Part shown: positions 27,799 to 39,697 of the stretch, in pieces
Layout of the letters: every line of letters starts with the position of its first letter
Numbering within the stretch: the stretch's first letter is position 1
Assembly (NCBI GenBank): GCA_964587565.1
Contig: CAZPLK010000001.1
Coordinates: 701-64,700 of the forward strand
Length of the DNA stretch: 64,000 bases
Source: an uncultured Muribaculaceae bacterium
GTDB taxonomy: Bacteria; Bacillota_I; Bacilli_A; RF39; UBA660
Reading direction: 5' to 3'
Notes under the pieces: generated by a model
The model's input: only the letters and a program-made list of their open reading frames with translations
What the model was told of the DNA's origin: nothing
The model's database searches: none
Position numbers and translations under genes: made by a program

Positions 27799-28806
27799 AT
27801 GAAAAAAGTAGCTATTAATGGATTTGGAAGAATTGGGAGATTAATTTATCGAATATTAGAAGATGATAATGAATTTGAAGTTGTGGCAATTAACGATCTA
27901 ACAGATGCCGAGCAATTAGCTTATTTATTAAAATATGATAGTAGTCACCGTACTTATTTGAGTGATCAAATAACTTACGATGATGAACATATAATTGTTA
28001 AAAACAAAAAAATTCGCGTCTTTGCTGAACAAGATCCTATCAATCTTCCATGGGATGATTTGGAAATCGATATTGTATTTGAATGTACTGGATTTTTTAC
28101 AAGTAAAGATAGTTCAATGGCCCACATTAACGCGGGTGCAAAACAAGTTATAATTTCAGCACCTGCAAAAGGGGATTTGAAAACTGTTGTATATGGAGTT
28201 AATGAAAACATACTAGATGGTAGTGAAAAAATTGTTAGTGCAGCAAGCTGTACAACAAATTGTTTAGCACCAGTAGTAAATTTGTTAGATAAACACTTTG
28301 GGCTTAACAAAGGATATATGACTACAATTCATGCTTATACAAACGACCAAACAGTGCTAGATGTTCCACATCGTAAAGGTGCAAATTCAAGACGTGGTCG
28401 TGCAGCAGCAGCAAATATAATACCATCATCGACTGGAGCTGCTAGTGCAATCGGTGTAGTTTTACCACAATTAAAAGGAAAATTAGATGGAACGGCACTT
28501 AGAGTTCCAACAACTACTGGTTCAATCATAGATTTAACTTTACAATTGAATAAAAACGTATCAGTCGAAGAAATTAATAATATGTTTGAAGAAAACCAAA
28601 ATGATACTATTGCAATAACTTATGATCCTATTGTTTCTAGTGATATTATTAGTTCACATTTAGGAGCACTTGTTGATGCTCAAATTACCGATGTTTTAGA
28701 TGTCGACGGTGAGCAATTAGTGAAAGTTATGGCATGGTATGATAATGAAATGGGCTATAGTGCACAAATGATTCGAATAGCTAAATATTTATCAAAATTA
28801 AAATAA
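27799..28806 (+). CDS. gap: Glyceraldehyde-3-phosphate dehydrogenase
   Basis: 'INGFGRIGR', 'ASCTTNCLAP'. Confidence 0.95.
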   Translation: MKKVAINGFGRIGRLIYRILEDDNEFEVVAINDLTDAEQLAYLLKYDSSHRTYLSDQITYDDEHIIVKNKKIRVFAEQDPINLPWDDLEIDIVFECTGFFTSKDSSMAHINAGAKQVIISAPAKGDLKTVVYGVNENILDGSEKIVSAASCTTNCLAPVVNLLDKHFGLNKGYMTTIHAYTNDQTVLDVPHRKGANSRRGRAAAANIIPSSTGAASAIGVVLPQLKGKLDGTALRVPTTTGSIIDLTLQLNKNVSVEEINNMFEENQNDTIAITYDPIVSSDIISSHLGALVDAQITDVLDVDGEQLVKVMAWYDNEMGYSAQMIRIAKYLSKLK

Positions 28807-28810
28807 TTCA

Positions 28811-28841
28811 AAAGATTGGAATTAAACTCCAATCTTTTTTA
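28811..28841 (+). terminator. Rho-independent terminator after gap
   Basis: 10-bp stem aaagattgga / tccaatcttt, followed by a T-run. Confidence 0.65.
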
Positions 28842-28918
28842 TTAAAAAAATAATTATCAAATTATAATTACGTAATGATTAAAACAATAACATACAAACT
28901 TTATCTTTTAAATATAAC

Positions 28919-28947
28919 TTGAATATTGTAAGGAAACAGTATAAAAT
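28919..28947 (+). promoter_or_regulatory. Sigma-A-type promoter (TTGAAT - 17 nt - TAAAAT) driving the pseudopilin-pgk-GT-tpi transcript
   Basis: Read directly from the sequence. Confidence 0.45.
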
Positions 28948-28970
28948 ATTAATAGAAGATAGGTGATAAA

Positions 28971-30029
28971 ATGAATAATAATAACAAAGCTTTTACTATG
29001 GTTGAGTTATTAGGTATTTTAGTTTTGTTAAGTGTTATAGCATTAGTTGTATTTCCTAACATAGTTACAACGATTAAATTAGCAACAGATAAAGAATATG
29101 ATAGATTTACAAAAGAACTATCAATAATAACTGAAAATTACATAGATAAAAATAATGATAAATTAGAATTATCAGAACCTGGAGACGTAATATTTATCGA
29201 ACTTGGCGATTTGGTAGAATCAGGTTATTTAAATAGAAAAACTATAAACCCTAAAACGAAAAACAAAATAGATTTAAACACAACAATATTAGTAACTGTT
29301 TTAAATGATTATACAAAGCATTTTGAATACACTGGAACAAAAGCTGCTATACATAATTATGAGATAGATAATTTGAAAATAATGTATGATGGTTACAAAA
29401 AAATAGAACAAGATGGTAATTTATTTATATGGAAAGATATTATGGGAAACAATGATGGTAGAGTTATTAATGGAAGTGGTGTTGAAGATTGGAGTAATTA
29501 TAAAATAATATTAGGCCGTGATAATAATTATATTAGTGCACACGGTTCATCATCTTTAATACCTGTTGATTCAGAAATAACGGTAGAGATTGTTTATGAA
29601 GGTATTGATCAAAAAAACAAATTATATTTAAACAATCGTGGCTTAGGTTTTTATTATTTCAATTTATATGATGATGGAATGATTAGATCTATGGTACGTA
29701 ATTCGGCAGATACCGCAAATTATTGGCCACAATCAACTGATATATCATTAGTGCAACCCAACAAAGTTCATACATTATCTGTAACAGTAAAGAAAAATGG
29801 AAATAACTTTGATTTTAATTATTTTGGTAACGGTAAAACATTAGTAACCTTGAATAAGACAGGCCAAAAACATTCTAGTTTAGATTTTACTATTGGAAAG
29901 GATTATACAACCGATTCATCTCCTGTATATATACATGGTTTTAGATTATATGATAAAGCTTTAAATGCAGAACAAATAAAAAACAATCATAAAATAGATA
30001 TGAACAGATATAATTGGAGGGGCAAATGA
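28971..30029 (+). CDS. Prepilin-type (type IV pilin-like) protein with a C-terminal LamG/concanavalin-like domain
   Basis: 'KAFTMVELLGILVLLSVIALVVFPNI' is a class III (prepilin) signal. The C-terminus 'VYIHGFRLYDKALNAEQIKNN' is the LamG-domain hallmark. Stop overlaps the pgk start (atga). Confidence 0.6.
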   Translation: MNNNNKAFTMVELLGILVLLSVIALVVFPNIVTTIKLATDKEYDRFTKELSIITENYIDKNNDKLELSEPGDVIFIELGDLVESGYLNRKTINPKTKNKIDLNTTILVTVLNDYTKHFEYTGTKAAIHNYEIDNLKIMYDGYKKIEQDGNLFIWKDIMGNNDGRVINGSGVEDWSNYKIILGRDNNYISAHGSSSLIPVDSEITVEIVYEGIDQKNKLYLNNRGLGFYYFNLYDDGMIRSMVRNSADTANYWPQSTDISLVQPNKVHTLSVTVKKNGNNFDFNYFGNGKTLVTLNKTGQKHSSLDFTIGKDYTTDSSPVYIHGFRLYDKALNAEQIKNNHKIDMNRYNWRGK

Positions 30030-31210
30030 AAACAACAATAAAAGAATTAGATTTAAATAATAAAAAAGTAATAATAAGGTGTGATTTTAATGTGCCGATA
30101 AAAGATGGGAAAATCACTGATGATAATAGGATCATCGAAAGTTTACAAACAATAAATCATGCAATAGAACATGGTGCAAAATTAATATTGATGTCCCATC
30201 TAGGGCGAATAAAAAGTGAAGAAGATAAGCAGAATAATTCTCTTAGACCAGTAGCGCAAAGATTAAGTACACTATTAAATAAAGATGTAATGTTTATTCC
30301 AAATACAAGAGGCCAAATGCTTGAAGAAGCCATTTCAAAAATGGGAAAAGGTGATGTATTATTAATTGAAAATACTAGATTTGAAGATTATCCAAATAAA
30401 TTAGAAAGTAGTAATGATTCAGAACTTGCAAAATACTGGGCAAGCTTGGGTGATATATATATAAATGATGCTTTTGGAACTAGTCATCGTGTACACGCCT
30501 CTAATGTTGGTATCGCAACTTTATTGCCAAATGCTGTTGGATTTTTGATCGAAAAGGAATTAAATGCAATTGGCGAAATTATTGTAAATCCTAAAAGACC
30601 TTTTACCGTTATTTTAGGAGGTGCCAAAGTTAGTGATAAAATTGGTGTAATTAAAAATCTTGTTAACGTTGCTGATCATATATTAGTCGGCGGTGGAATG
30701 GCGTATACATTTTTAAAAGCATTAGGTCATGATGTCGGAAAATCAATTATTGATTTAGATAGTTTAAAATTTTGTGAAGAAATCATGAGGGAAAATAATG
30801 AAAAAATTATATTGCCAATTGATATTGTTAGTAGTAACAAAATAAGTAATATGAGTGATGCGAAAATAAAACATATAAATGATATCGGAAAAGATGATAT
30901 AGGTTTGGATATAGGGCCTGAAACAATAGGTCTATTTAATAATTATATAATAAATAGTAAGGCTGTTGTTTGGAATGGTCCACTAGGAGTTTTTGAAATT
31001 GAGCAATTTTCAAATGGTACAAAAAAAATTGCTGCAACATTATCACAAAGTGATAAAATTACTATTATTGGCGGTGGTGATACAGCTGCTGCTGTAATCA
31101 ACTTTGGTTATAAAGATAAATTTACTCATATATCAACTGGTGGAGGTGCATCACTTGCAATGTTAGAAGGAAAAATTTTGCCGGGAATTGATATAATTAA
31201 AAATAGATAA
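30026..31210 (+). CDS. pgk: Phosphoglycerate kinase
   Basis: 'RCDFNVP', 'GGGASL'. RBS 'ggagggg' before the ATG at 30026. Confidence 0.95.
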   Translation: MKTTIKELDLNNKKVIIRCDFNVPIKDGKITDDNRIIESLQTINHAIEHGAKLILMSHLGRIKSEEDKQNNSLRPVAQRLSTLLNKDVMFIPNTRGQMLEEAISKMGKGDVLLIENTRFEDYPNKLESSNDSELAKYWASLGDIYINDAFGTSHRVHASNVGIATLLPNAVGFLIEKELNAIGEIIVNPKRPFTVILGGAKVSDKIGVIKNLVNVADHILVGGGMAYTFLKALGHDVGKSIIDLDSLKFCEEIMRENNEKIILPIDIVSSNKISNMSDAKIKHINDIGKDDIGLDIGPETIGLFNNYIINSKAVVWNGPLGVFEIEQFSNGTKKIAATLSQSDKITIIGGGDTAAAVINFGYKDKFTHISTGGGASLAMLEGKILPGIDIIKNR

Positions 31211-31220
31211 GAGGTGAATT

Positions 31221-32462
31221 ATGCGAATAGGGATATTTACGGATACGTATCCCCCTTTTATAAATGGGGTATCAACTAGTATTTTAGTACTACAAAAGGC
31301 ATTAGAAAAAAAAGGTCATGAAGTATTTATAATTACCGTTAATAATGAAAAGCTAAGCTATAATTTCGCAGAAAAAAATATAATTAGAATTCCAGGAATA
31401 CCTGTTGGCATATATGATTACCGTTTAACAGGTATATATCCACTTAGAATAATTAATAAAATTAAGAAATTAAATTTAGATATAATTCACTCCCAAACTG
31501 AATTCGGAATTGGAACATTTGCAAGAATAATATCAAAACAATTTGATATACCTCTAGTACATACTTATCATACAATGTATGAAGATTATGTAGCGTCTGT
31601 AACAAAGGGGAAATTTCAATGGCCTAGTCAAAAAATAATTGAAGAGTTAACAAAATTTTACTGTGATAAAACAGCATCTGAGTTAATTGTTCCAACTAAA
31701 AAAACTTATGACTTATTTAAAGAAAAATATAAAATTGATAGAAATGTTCATATAATCCCAAGTGGTATAGAAATAGAAAAATATTTTCATGAAAATTATA
31801 AAATTGAAGATATTTTCAAAATCAAAAAAAACTTAGGATTAAAAGCTGATGATTTTATTGTTTTGTTTGTAGGTAGATTAGGACCAGAAAAAAACATTGA
31901 ATTTTTAATAGACGCACACATTCAACTAGCTAGAAGAAATAAAAAATGTAAACTTGTTATAATTGGTGATGGCCCACTCAAAAATACGTTTCAAAAAAGA
32001 ATAAATGACTTAAAATTAACAGATAATATAATATTGGGAGGGAAAGTACCTTACGAAGAGATTGGAAAATATTATCAAATAGCATCAATTTTTGCAACAG
32101 CATCTTTTGCTGAAACTCAAGGGTTGACAGTTATTGAAGCTTTAGCGTCATCTTTGCCTATATTAGTTATTGATGATGAAAGTTATGATGATGCTGTTAA
32201 AGTGGGGATTAATGGCTTTAAATTTAAAAATAAAAGGGAATATAGAAGACATATTAATTATTTAATAAAAAACCCAACAAAACTTAAAGAAATGAAAGTA
32301 TCAGCAAGAAATAGTTCGTTAAAACATTCTGCTAATTATTTTGCAGATAAAGTTTTAGACGTATATAAGATAGCAATAGGAAATGAAATAACTAAAAATA
32401 AAAAAACATTTATAAGTCGTTTTAAAAAGGTGGTGAAAAACGCTTGGAAACCCAAAAAATAA
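31221..32462 (+). CDS. GT4-family glycosyltransferase (glycolipid/diglucosyl-diacylglycerol-synthase-like)
   Basis: 'MRIGIFTDTYPPFINGVSTSI' GT4 N-terminus and an 'E..G....EA' C-terminal fold signature. Confidence 0.75.
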   Translation: MRIGIFTDTYPPFINGVSTSILVLQKALEKKGHEVFIITVNNEKLSYNFAEKNIIRIPGIPVGIYDYRLTGIYPLRIINKIKKLNLDIIHSQTEFGIGTFARIISKQFDIPLVHTYHTMYEDYVASVTKGKFQWPSQKIIEELTKFYCDKTASELIVPTKKTYDLFKEKYKIDRNVHIIPSGIEIEKYFHENYKIEDIFKIKKNLGLKADDFIVLFVGRLGPEKNIEFLIDAHIQLARRNKKCKLVIIGDGPLKNTFQKRINDLKLTDNIILGGKVPYEEIGKYYQIASIFATASFAETQGLTVIEALASSLPILVIDDESYDDAVKVGINGFKFKNKREYRRHINYLIKNPTKLKEMKVSARNSSLKHSANYFADKVLDVYKIAIGNEITKNKKTFISRFKKVVKNAWKPKK

Positions 32463-33181
32463 TAGTTGGAAACTTAAAAAGTTATATGGATATTAATGAT
32501 GTAAGTAATTACTTAAAAATTATTAATGAAGAGGTTGTCGATAAACGTGTAATAATTTGTCCTTCTAATATATATATCCCATATTTTTTAAAACAAAGGT
32601 ACGAAGTAGGACTACAAAATATTTTTATTAATGAAGAAGGGCCGTATACTGGAGAAATCACACCGAGCCAAGCAAGTAGTATAGGTATTAATTATGTTAT
32701 TATTGGTCATAGTGAAAGAAGATTACATTTAAACGAAACTAATAATTTAATAAGTAAAAAAGTTTTGTCAGCATTAAAAAACAATATGAAAGTTATTTTG
32801 TGCGTTGGTGAAACTATTGAAGAAAAGCAACTATTGAAAACAGATCAAGTTATAAGGAAGCAATTAGTTGTGGCTTTAAACAGTTTAACAAAAGATATGC
32901 TTGATAATGTTATAATTGCATATGAGCCAGTTTGGGCGATAGGTTCTAATAAAGTAGCTGATTATAATGATATAAAACAAACATCAAAATATATTAAAAT
33001 GGTTGTAGAACAAATAACAAATTATTCTAATATAAAAGTTTTATACGGCGGTAGTGTTAATGAAACTAATATAAAAGAATTAAATAAAATCGAAAATATA
33101 TATGGCTTCTTAATAGGTGGTGCGTCCACAAAGGCAGATGTATTTTTAAAAATAATAAACGAAGTTATTGCAAAACAATAA
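32444..33181 (+). CDS. tpiA: Triosephosphate isomerase
   Basis: 'IIVGNLK', 'IIGHSERR', 'AYEPVWAIGS', 'GGS'. Confidence 0.9.
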   Translation: METQKIIVGNLKSYMDINDVSNYLKIINEEVVDKRVIICPSNIYIPYFLKQRYEVGLQNIFINEEGPYTGEITPSQASSIGINYVIIGHSERRLHLNETNNLISKKVLSALKNNMKVILCVGETIEEKQLLKTDQVIRKQLVVALNSLTKDMLDNVIIAYEPVWAIGSNKVADYNDIKQTSKYIKMVVEQITNYSNIKVLYGGSVNETNIKELNKIENIYGFLIGGASTKADVFLKIINEVIAKQ

Positions 33182-33299
33182 CTTTTTTTGATATTAAATG
33201 CTAAAATTTGACAAATAAAGCTAAAAATAACCCTAGTTAAACAAGTTTATTTTATGTTATAATTAAACTAGTGACGCAGTACTTTGAAGGGAGAATAAA

Positions 33300-34064
33300 A
33301 TGGAAAATATTAGTGTACTAATGGTTGATGATAATGTGAACCTAGTAGAAATGATTAAGGAGTATTTTAGTAGTCACAAGTTTATAAGTGTTGATTTTTG
33401 TGCATATGATGGTTTGGAAGGAATGGAACTAATAATTAATGAACAAGATCAATACGATGTTATAATTTTAGATTTGATTATGCCTAATAAAGATGGTATG
33501 TATGTTTTGGAAGAAATGCAAAAAAGAAGAATAGACAAGAAAGTTATAGTAGCCACCAGTTATAATTCAAGTGATGTTATAAGAAGAGTATCAGATTTTG
33601 GTGTAAGTTATTTCATTTTAAAACCATTTGAACTATCAGATTTGGAAAAGCGAATTATTGAGTGCAAAAATAGGGTTAGAGAAAAAAAGAATATCGATTT
33701 TCATCATAATAATTTACAAATATCAATTAGTAAAATATTACATGAACTTGGAATACCATCACATATAAAAGGATATCAATATATTAGAGAGGGAATAAGT
33801 ATTATATACGAATCACCTGAAATCATAGGTGGAATAACTAAAGAGTTATATCCTGAGTTAGCACTTAAATTTGACACAACTGTTTCAAGGGTTGAGCGGG
33901 CAATAAGGCACGCAATTGAAGTTAGTTGGAATCGCGGTAATTGGGATTTGATGGAAGATATATTCGGGCATAGTGTAGATATTGACAAAGCAAAGCCGAC
34001 CAACTCAGAATTCATAGTAACAATTGCAGATAAATTGAGGTTAGAATTTCATAAAGTAGGATAA
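33300..34064 (+). CDS. spo0A: Stage 0 sporulation protein A (response regulator)
   Basis: Receiver domain 'VLMVDDN...DLIMP'. Spo0A-specific C-terminal DNA-binding domain '[15 protein letters not shown]...[14 protein letters not shown]'. Confidence 0.95.
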   Translation: MENISVLMVDDNVNLVEMIKEYFSSHKFISVDFCAYDGLEGMELIINEQDQYDVIILDLIMPNKDGMYVLEEMQKRRIDKKVIVATSYNSSDVIRRVSDFGVSYFILKPFELSDLEKRIIECKNRVREKKNIDFHHNNLQISISKILHELGIPSHIKGYQYIREGISIIYESPEIIGGITKELYPELALKFDTTVSRVERAIRHAIEVSWNRGNWDLMEDIFGHSVDIDKAKPTNSEFIVTIADKLRLEFHKVG

Positions 34065-34122
34065 CTACTTTTTTTAATTTGACAGCAATTAAAAAAAATG
34101 TATAATATATCCAGGTGATTTT

Positions 34123-34995
34123 ATGAAAAGAATCTTTATCGTTAATCCAATAGCAGGTAATGGTAATGCGTTAAAAATAAGTAAAGATATTAAACATATT
34201 TGTGCTGAAGAAAAATTCAATTATGAAATAATATTTACGACTGGCCCAGGGCATGCAAAAGCAATAGCCCAAAAGTATAGAACTAAATTAGGTGAAAATA
34301 TTGTTTATAGCGTTGGTGGTGATGGAACTTTAAATGAAATTGTAAATGGTATTGCAAATAGTAATACAATACTAGGAGTTATACCAGGTGGTACTGGCAA
34401 TGATTTTTATCGTTCGATTGGTTATTCATGTCGTCCAATTAATAAAATTGATATAGGTAAAGTAAATGACCGCTATTTTATTAACATTGCATCACTAGGT
34501 TTAGATGCTAATATAGCACAAAGTGCTAATGAATTAAAAACTAAAAATATACCTAATTCTTTAGTTTATTACATAAGCATTATCAAAGAATTAATAAAAA
34601 TAACAAATATTAATTTACTCGTTGATAACCGCCAACAAAGTGAAGACTTTACAATGTTATCCGTATGTAATGGTGCATATTACGGAGGTGGAATAAAACT
34701 AGCACCACACGCATTAATAAATGATGGAGTGTTTGATATATATGAAGTATCAAAGGCAACAAGAATAGAAATATTAAAAGTATTAAAAAAACTAATAAAA
34801 ATGGAACACGATAAATCAAAGTTTGTAAACTATTGGAAAACAGATTACTTAGTAGTAGAATCTTTAATACCTTTAATATGTAATGTAGATGGTGAAATAA
34901 TAAAAAGCAATAAATTTGTATTTGAAAATATTGAGGAAGGTTTACATCTGTTATACGAAGATCATCCTAAGATAATGAAATTGTATAAAAAATAA
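34123..34995 (+). CDS. dagK: Diacylglycerol kinase-family lipid kinase
   Basis: 'VGGDGTLNEIVNG', 'GGTGNDF'. Confidence 0.8.
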   Translation: MKRIFIVNPIAGNGNALKISKDIKHICAEEKFNYEIIFTTGPGHAKAIAQKYRTKLGENIVYSVGGDGTLNEIVNGIANSNTILGVIPGGTGNDFYRSIGYSCRPINKIDIGKVNDRYFINIASLGLDANIAQSANELKTKNIPNSLVYYISIIKELIKITNINLLVDNRQQSEDFTMLSVCNGAYYGGGIKLAPHALINDGVFDIYEVSKATRIEILKVLKKLIKMEHDKSKFVNYWKTDYLVVESLIPLICNVDGEIIKSNKFVFENIEEGLHLLYEDHPKIMKLYKK

Positions 34996-35049
34996 CTAAA
35001 TTATTATAAGAAAATCATTTTTATGGTAAAATATAATTGGAGTGATAAT

Positions 35050-36552
35050 ATGAGACCAGTTATATTATGCATACTTGATGGCGTAGGAATTAGAGAAACA
35101 AAAAAAGGCAATGCTTTTGAGCATGCTGTTAAACCAAATTTTGATTATTTGTGGTTAAACTATCCACACACACTCTTAGAAGCGAGTGGTGAACAAGTAG
35201 GACTCCCAAAAGGTCAAATGGGGAATAGTGAAGTAGGACACATGAATATAGGAGCAGGTAGGATAGTTTATCAACCATTACCATATATTAATCAAAAAAT
35301 TGCTGATAAAACATTTTTTCAAAATGAAAATCTTCAAGAAGTAATTAACCACACTAAAAAACACCAATCAAAATTGCACTTGCTTGGACTAATTAGTGAT
35401 GGCGGTATCCATTCGCATATAGACCATTTATTAGCTTTAATAGAAATGGCCAAAATTAATAACATCGATAAGTTATATTTACACTTATTTTTAGATGGAA
35501 GGGACACATTACCAGACGTAGCCCCTATTTTCTTAAAAAAAGTAACTGATAAATTAAAACAAGAACAAATTGGCTCAATAGCAACAATATCAGGACGATA
35601 TTATGCTATGGATAGAGATAATCGTTGGGATCGAATTCAATTAGCTTATGATGCAATAATTAATGGTAAAGGCGAAAAGTTTAATGATTATTCTAGTTTA
35701 ATAAATAGTAATTTGAAAAGAGGACTAACGGATGAATTTGTTATACCGGCTGTGTTAGATTCTAATGGAATTGTTGAAGAAGATGATGGTTTAATTGTTT
35801 TTAATTTTAGACCAGATCGATTAAGACAATTATGCAAATCTATAACAAATTCAAAATTTGATAAATTTGATAGAAAACCCATCGTTAATACAAAGTTAGT
35901 TACAATGATGCCAGTTAGTGAACAAATAACATCTAAAAGTGCATATCAACAAGAAAAATTAATCAATACATTAGGTGAGTATATTTCTAAACGCGGAATG
36001 AAACAACTTAGAATAGCTGAAACTGAAAAATATGCACACGTAACTTATTTTTTTGATGGAGGGGAAGAAAAACAAATTCCAAACTGTCAAAAAATTTTAA
36101 TACCTTCACCCAAAGTAGCAACATATGATTTACAACCTGAAATGAGTGCTTATAAAATAACAGAATCGGTATTAAACGAATTAGATAATGGTTATGATTT
36201 GATTATCTTGAACTATGCTAATGGTGATATGGTAGGTCATACTGGTAATTTCAAAGCTGCTGTGTCTGCGATCGAAGCTGTAGATAACTGTTTAGGAAAA
36301 TTATATGCAAAAGTTAATGAAGTAGGAGGCACATTATTAGTTACATCTGACCATGGTAATTGTGAATATATGATCGATAACAATGGGAATATAATAACAT
36401 CTCATACAACTAATAAAGTACCATTAATAATTACAAATAATCAATACAAATTAAAAGAAGGTAGTTTAGCAAACTTAGCGCCAACTATTTTGGAAATTTT
36501 AAATTTAGAAAAACCAAAAGAAATGGTAGAAACTAGTTTAATTAAAAAATAA
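35050..36552 (+). CDS. gpmI: 2,3-bisphosphoglycerate-independent phosphoglycerate mutase
   Basis: 'ILDGVG', 'SEVGHMNIGAGR', iPGM C-terminal metal-binding blocks. ATG 35050 (RBS 'tggag') preferred over 35023. Confidence 0.9.
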   Translation: MRPVILCILDGVGIRETKKGNAFEHAVKPNFDYLWLNYPHTLLEASGEQVGLPKGQMGNSEVGHMNIGAGRIVYQPLPYINQKIADKTFFQNENLQEVINHTKKHQSKLHLLGLISDGGIHSHIDHLLALIEMAKINNIDKLYLHLFLDGRDTLPDVAPIFLKKVTDKLKQEQIGSIATISGRYYAMDRDNRWDRIQLAYDAIINGKGEKFNDYSSLINSNLKRGLTDEFVIPAVLDSNGIVEEDDGLIVFNFRPDRLRQLCKSITNSKFDKFDRKPIVNTKLVTMMPVSEQITSKSAYQQEKLINTLGEYISKRGMKQLRIAETEKYAHVTYFFDGGEEKQIPNCQKILIPSPKVATYDLQPEMSAYKITESVLNELDNGYDLIILNYANGDMVGHTGNFKAAVSAIEAVDNCLGKLYAKVNEVGGTLLVTSDHGNCEYMIDNNGNIITSHTTNKVPLIITNNQYKLKEGSLANLAPTILEILNLEKPKEMVETSLIKK

Positions 36553-36634
36553 AGTTATTATCTAATAACTTTTTTCTTAAAATGTAAAGTTGTCAAAATC
36601 ATATATATATAATATAATAAAAAAAGGTGATTTC

Positions 36635-37594
36635 ATGTGGAAAATTGGAGATATTACAATCAAAAACAAATTAGTTTTAGCACCAATGGCTGGTATTTCT
36701 AACAGTGCATATAGAAAAATCGTAAAAGAAATGGGTTGTGGTTTAATTTATGCTGAAATGGTAAGTGACAAAGCAATTAGTTATGGAAATAAAAAAACAA
36801 TTGACATGCTTTATATGACTGAATATGAACGGCCTCTCGCTCAGCAAATATTTGGAAGCGATGTTCAATCATTTGTAAAAGCAGCACAATATATATATAA
36901 AAATATGCGACCAGATATAATAGATATAAACATGGGATGTCCTGTCCCAAAAGTCGCAATACGTGCTCAAGCGGGAAGTGCACTATTAAAAGATCCAAAA
37001 AAAGTTTATGAAATAGTATCAAAGGTAGTCAAGAGTGTGCCGATTCCAATTACAGTGAAAATAAGAAGTGGCTGGGATAGTAATAATATTAATGCAGTTG
37101 AAATTGCTAAAATGTGTGAAAAGGCGGGTGCAAAAGCAATAACGATACACGGACGCACTCGCAGTCAAGGTTACAGCGGTAATGTTGATTTAAACATAAT
37201 TAAAAATGTAAAAGAAAACGTCAGTATACCTGTAATTGGTAATGGAGATATCAAATCATGTTATGATGCTAAAAAAATGTTAGATTATACCAAGTGTGAC
37301 GCGGTTATGATTGGAAGAGCATCACTAGGTAATCCTTGGATTTTCAAAGAGTGCATTGAATATTTAGAAAAAGGAATCGAGCCAAGAGCAATAACAATTC
37401 AAGAAAGAATAGAAATGATAAAAAAGCATATTACATATTTAAAAAAACAAAAATGCGAAAAAACGGTGGTGTTAGAAATGAGAAGCCATGTAGCATGGTA
37501 TTTAAAAGGGGTTGCCGGAAGTGCAGAAGTGAAGCGGAAACTAAGCACTGCTTCGACAGTGTTAGAAATAATTGATATTTTAAACAGTTTATAA
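36635..37594 (+). CDS. dusB: tRNA-dihydrouridine synthase
   Basis: 'LAPMAGISNSAYR', 'INMGCPVPK'. Confidence 0.85.
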   Translation: MWKIGDITIKNKLVLAPMAGISNSAYRKIVKEMGCGLIYAEMVSDKAISYGNKKTIDMLYMTEYERPLAQQIFGSDVQSFVKAAQYIYKNMRPDIIDINMGCPVPKVAIRAQAGSALLKDPKKVYEIVSKVVKSVPIPITVKIRSGWDSNNINAVEIAKMCEKAGAKAITIHGRTRSQGYSGNVDLNIIKNVKENVSIPVIGNGDIKSCYDAKKMLDYTKCDAVMIGRASLGNPWIFKECIEYLEKGIEPRAITIQERIEMIKKHITYLKKQKCEKTVVLEMRSHVAWYLKGVAGSAEVKRKLSTASTVLEIIDILNSL

Positions 37595-37606
37595 AGGAGA
37601 TAATAT

Positions 37607-39683
<2,077 letters not shown>

Positions 39684-39697
39684 AAAGAAGGATTATT

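Noticed and set aside
27975-28529. Minus-strand ORFs inside gap
   Set aside because: Antisense to GAPDH.
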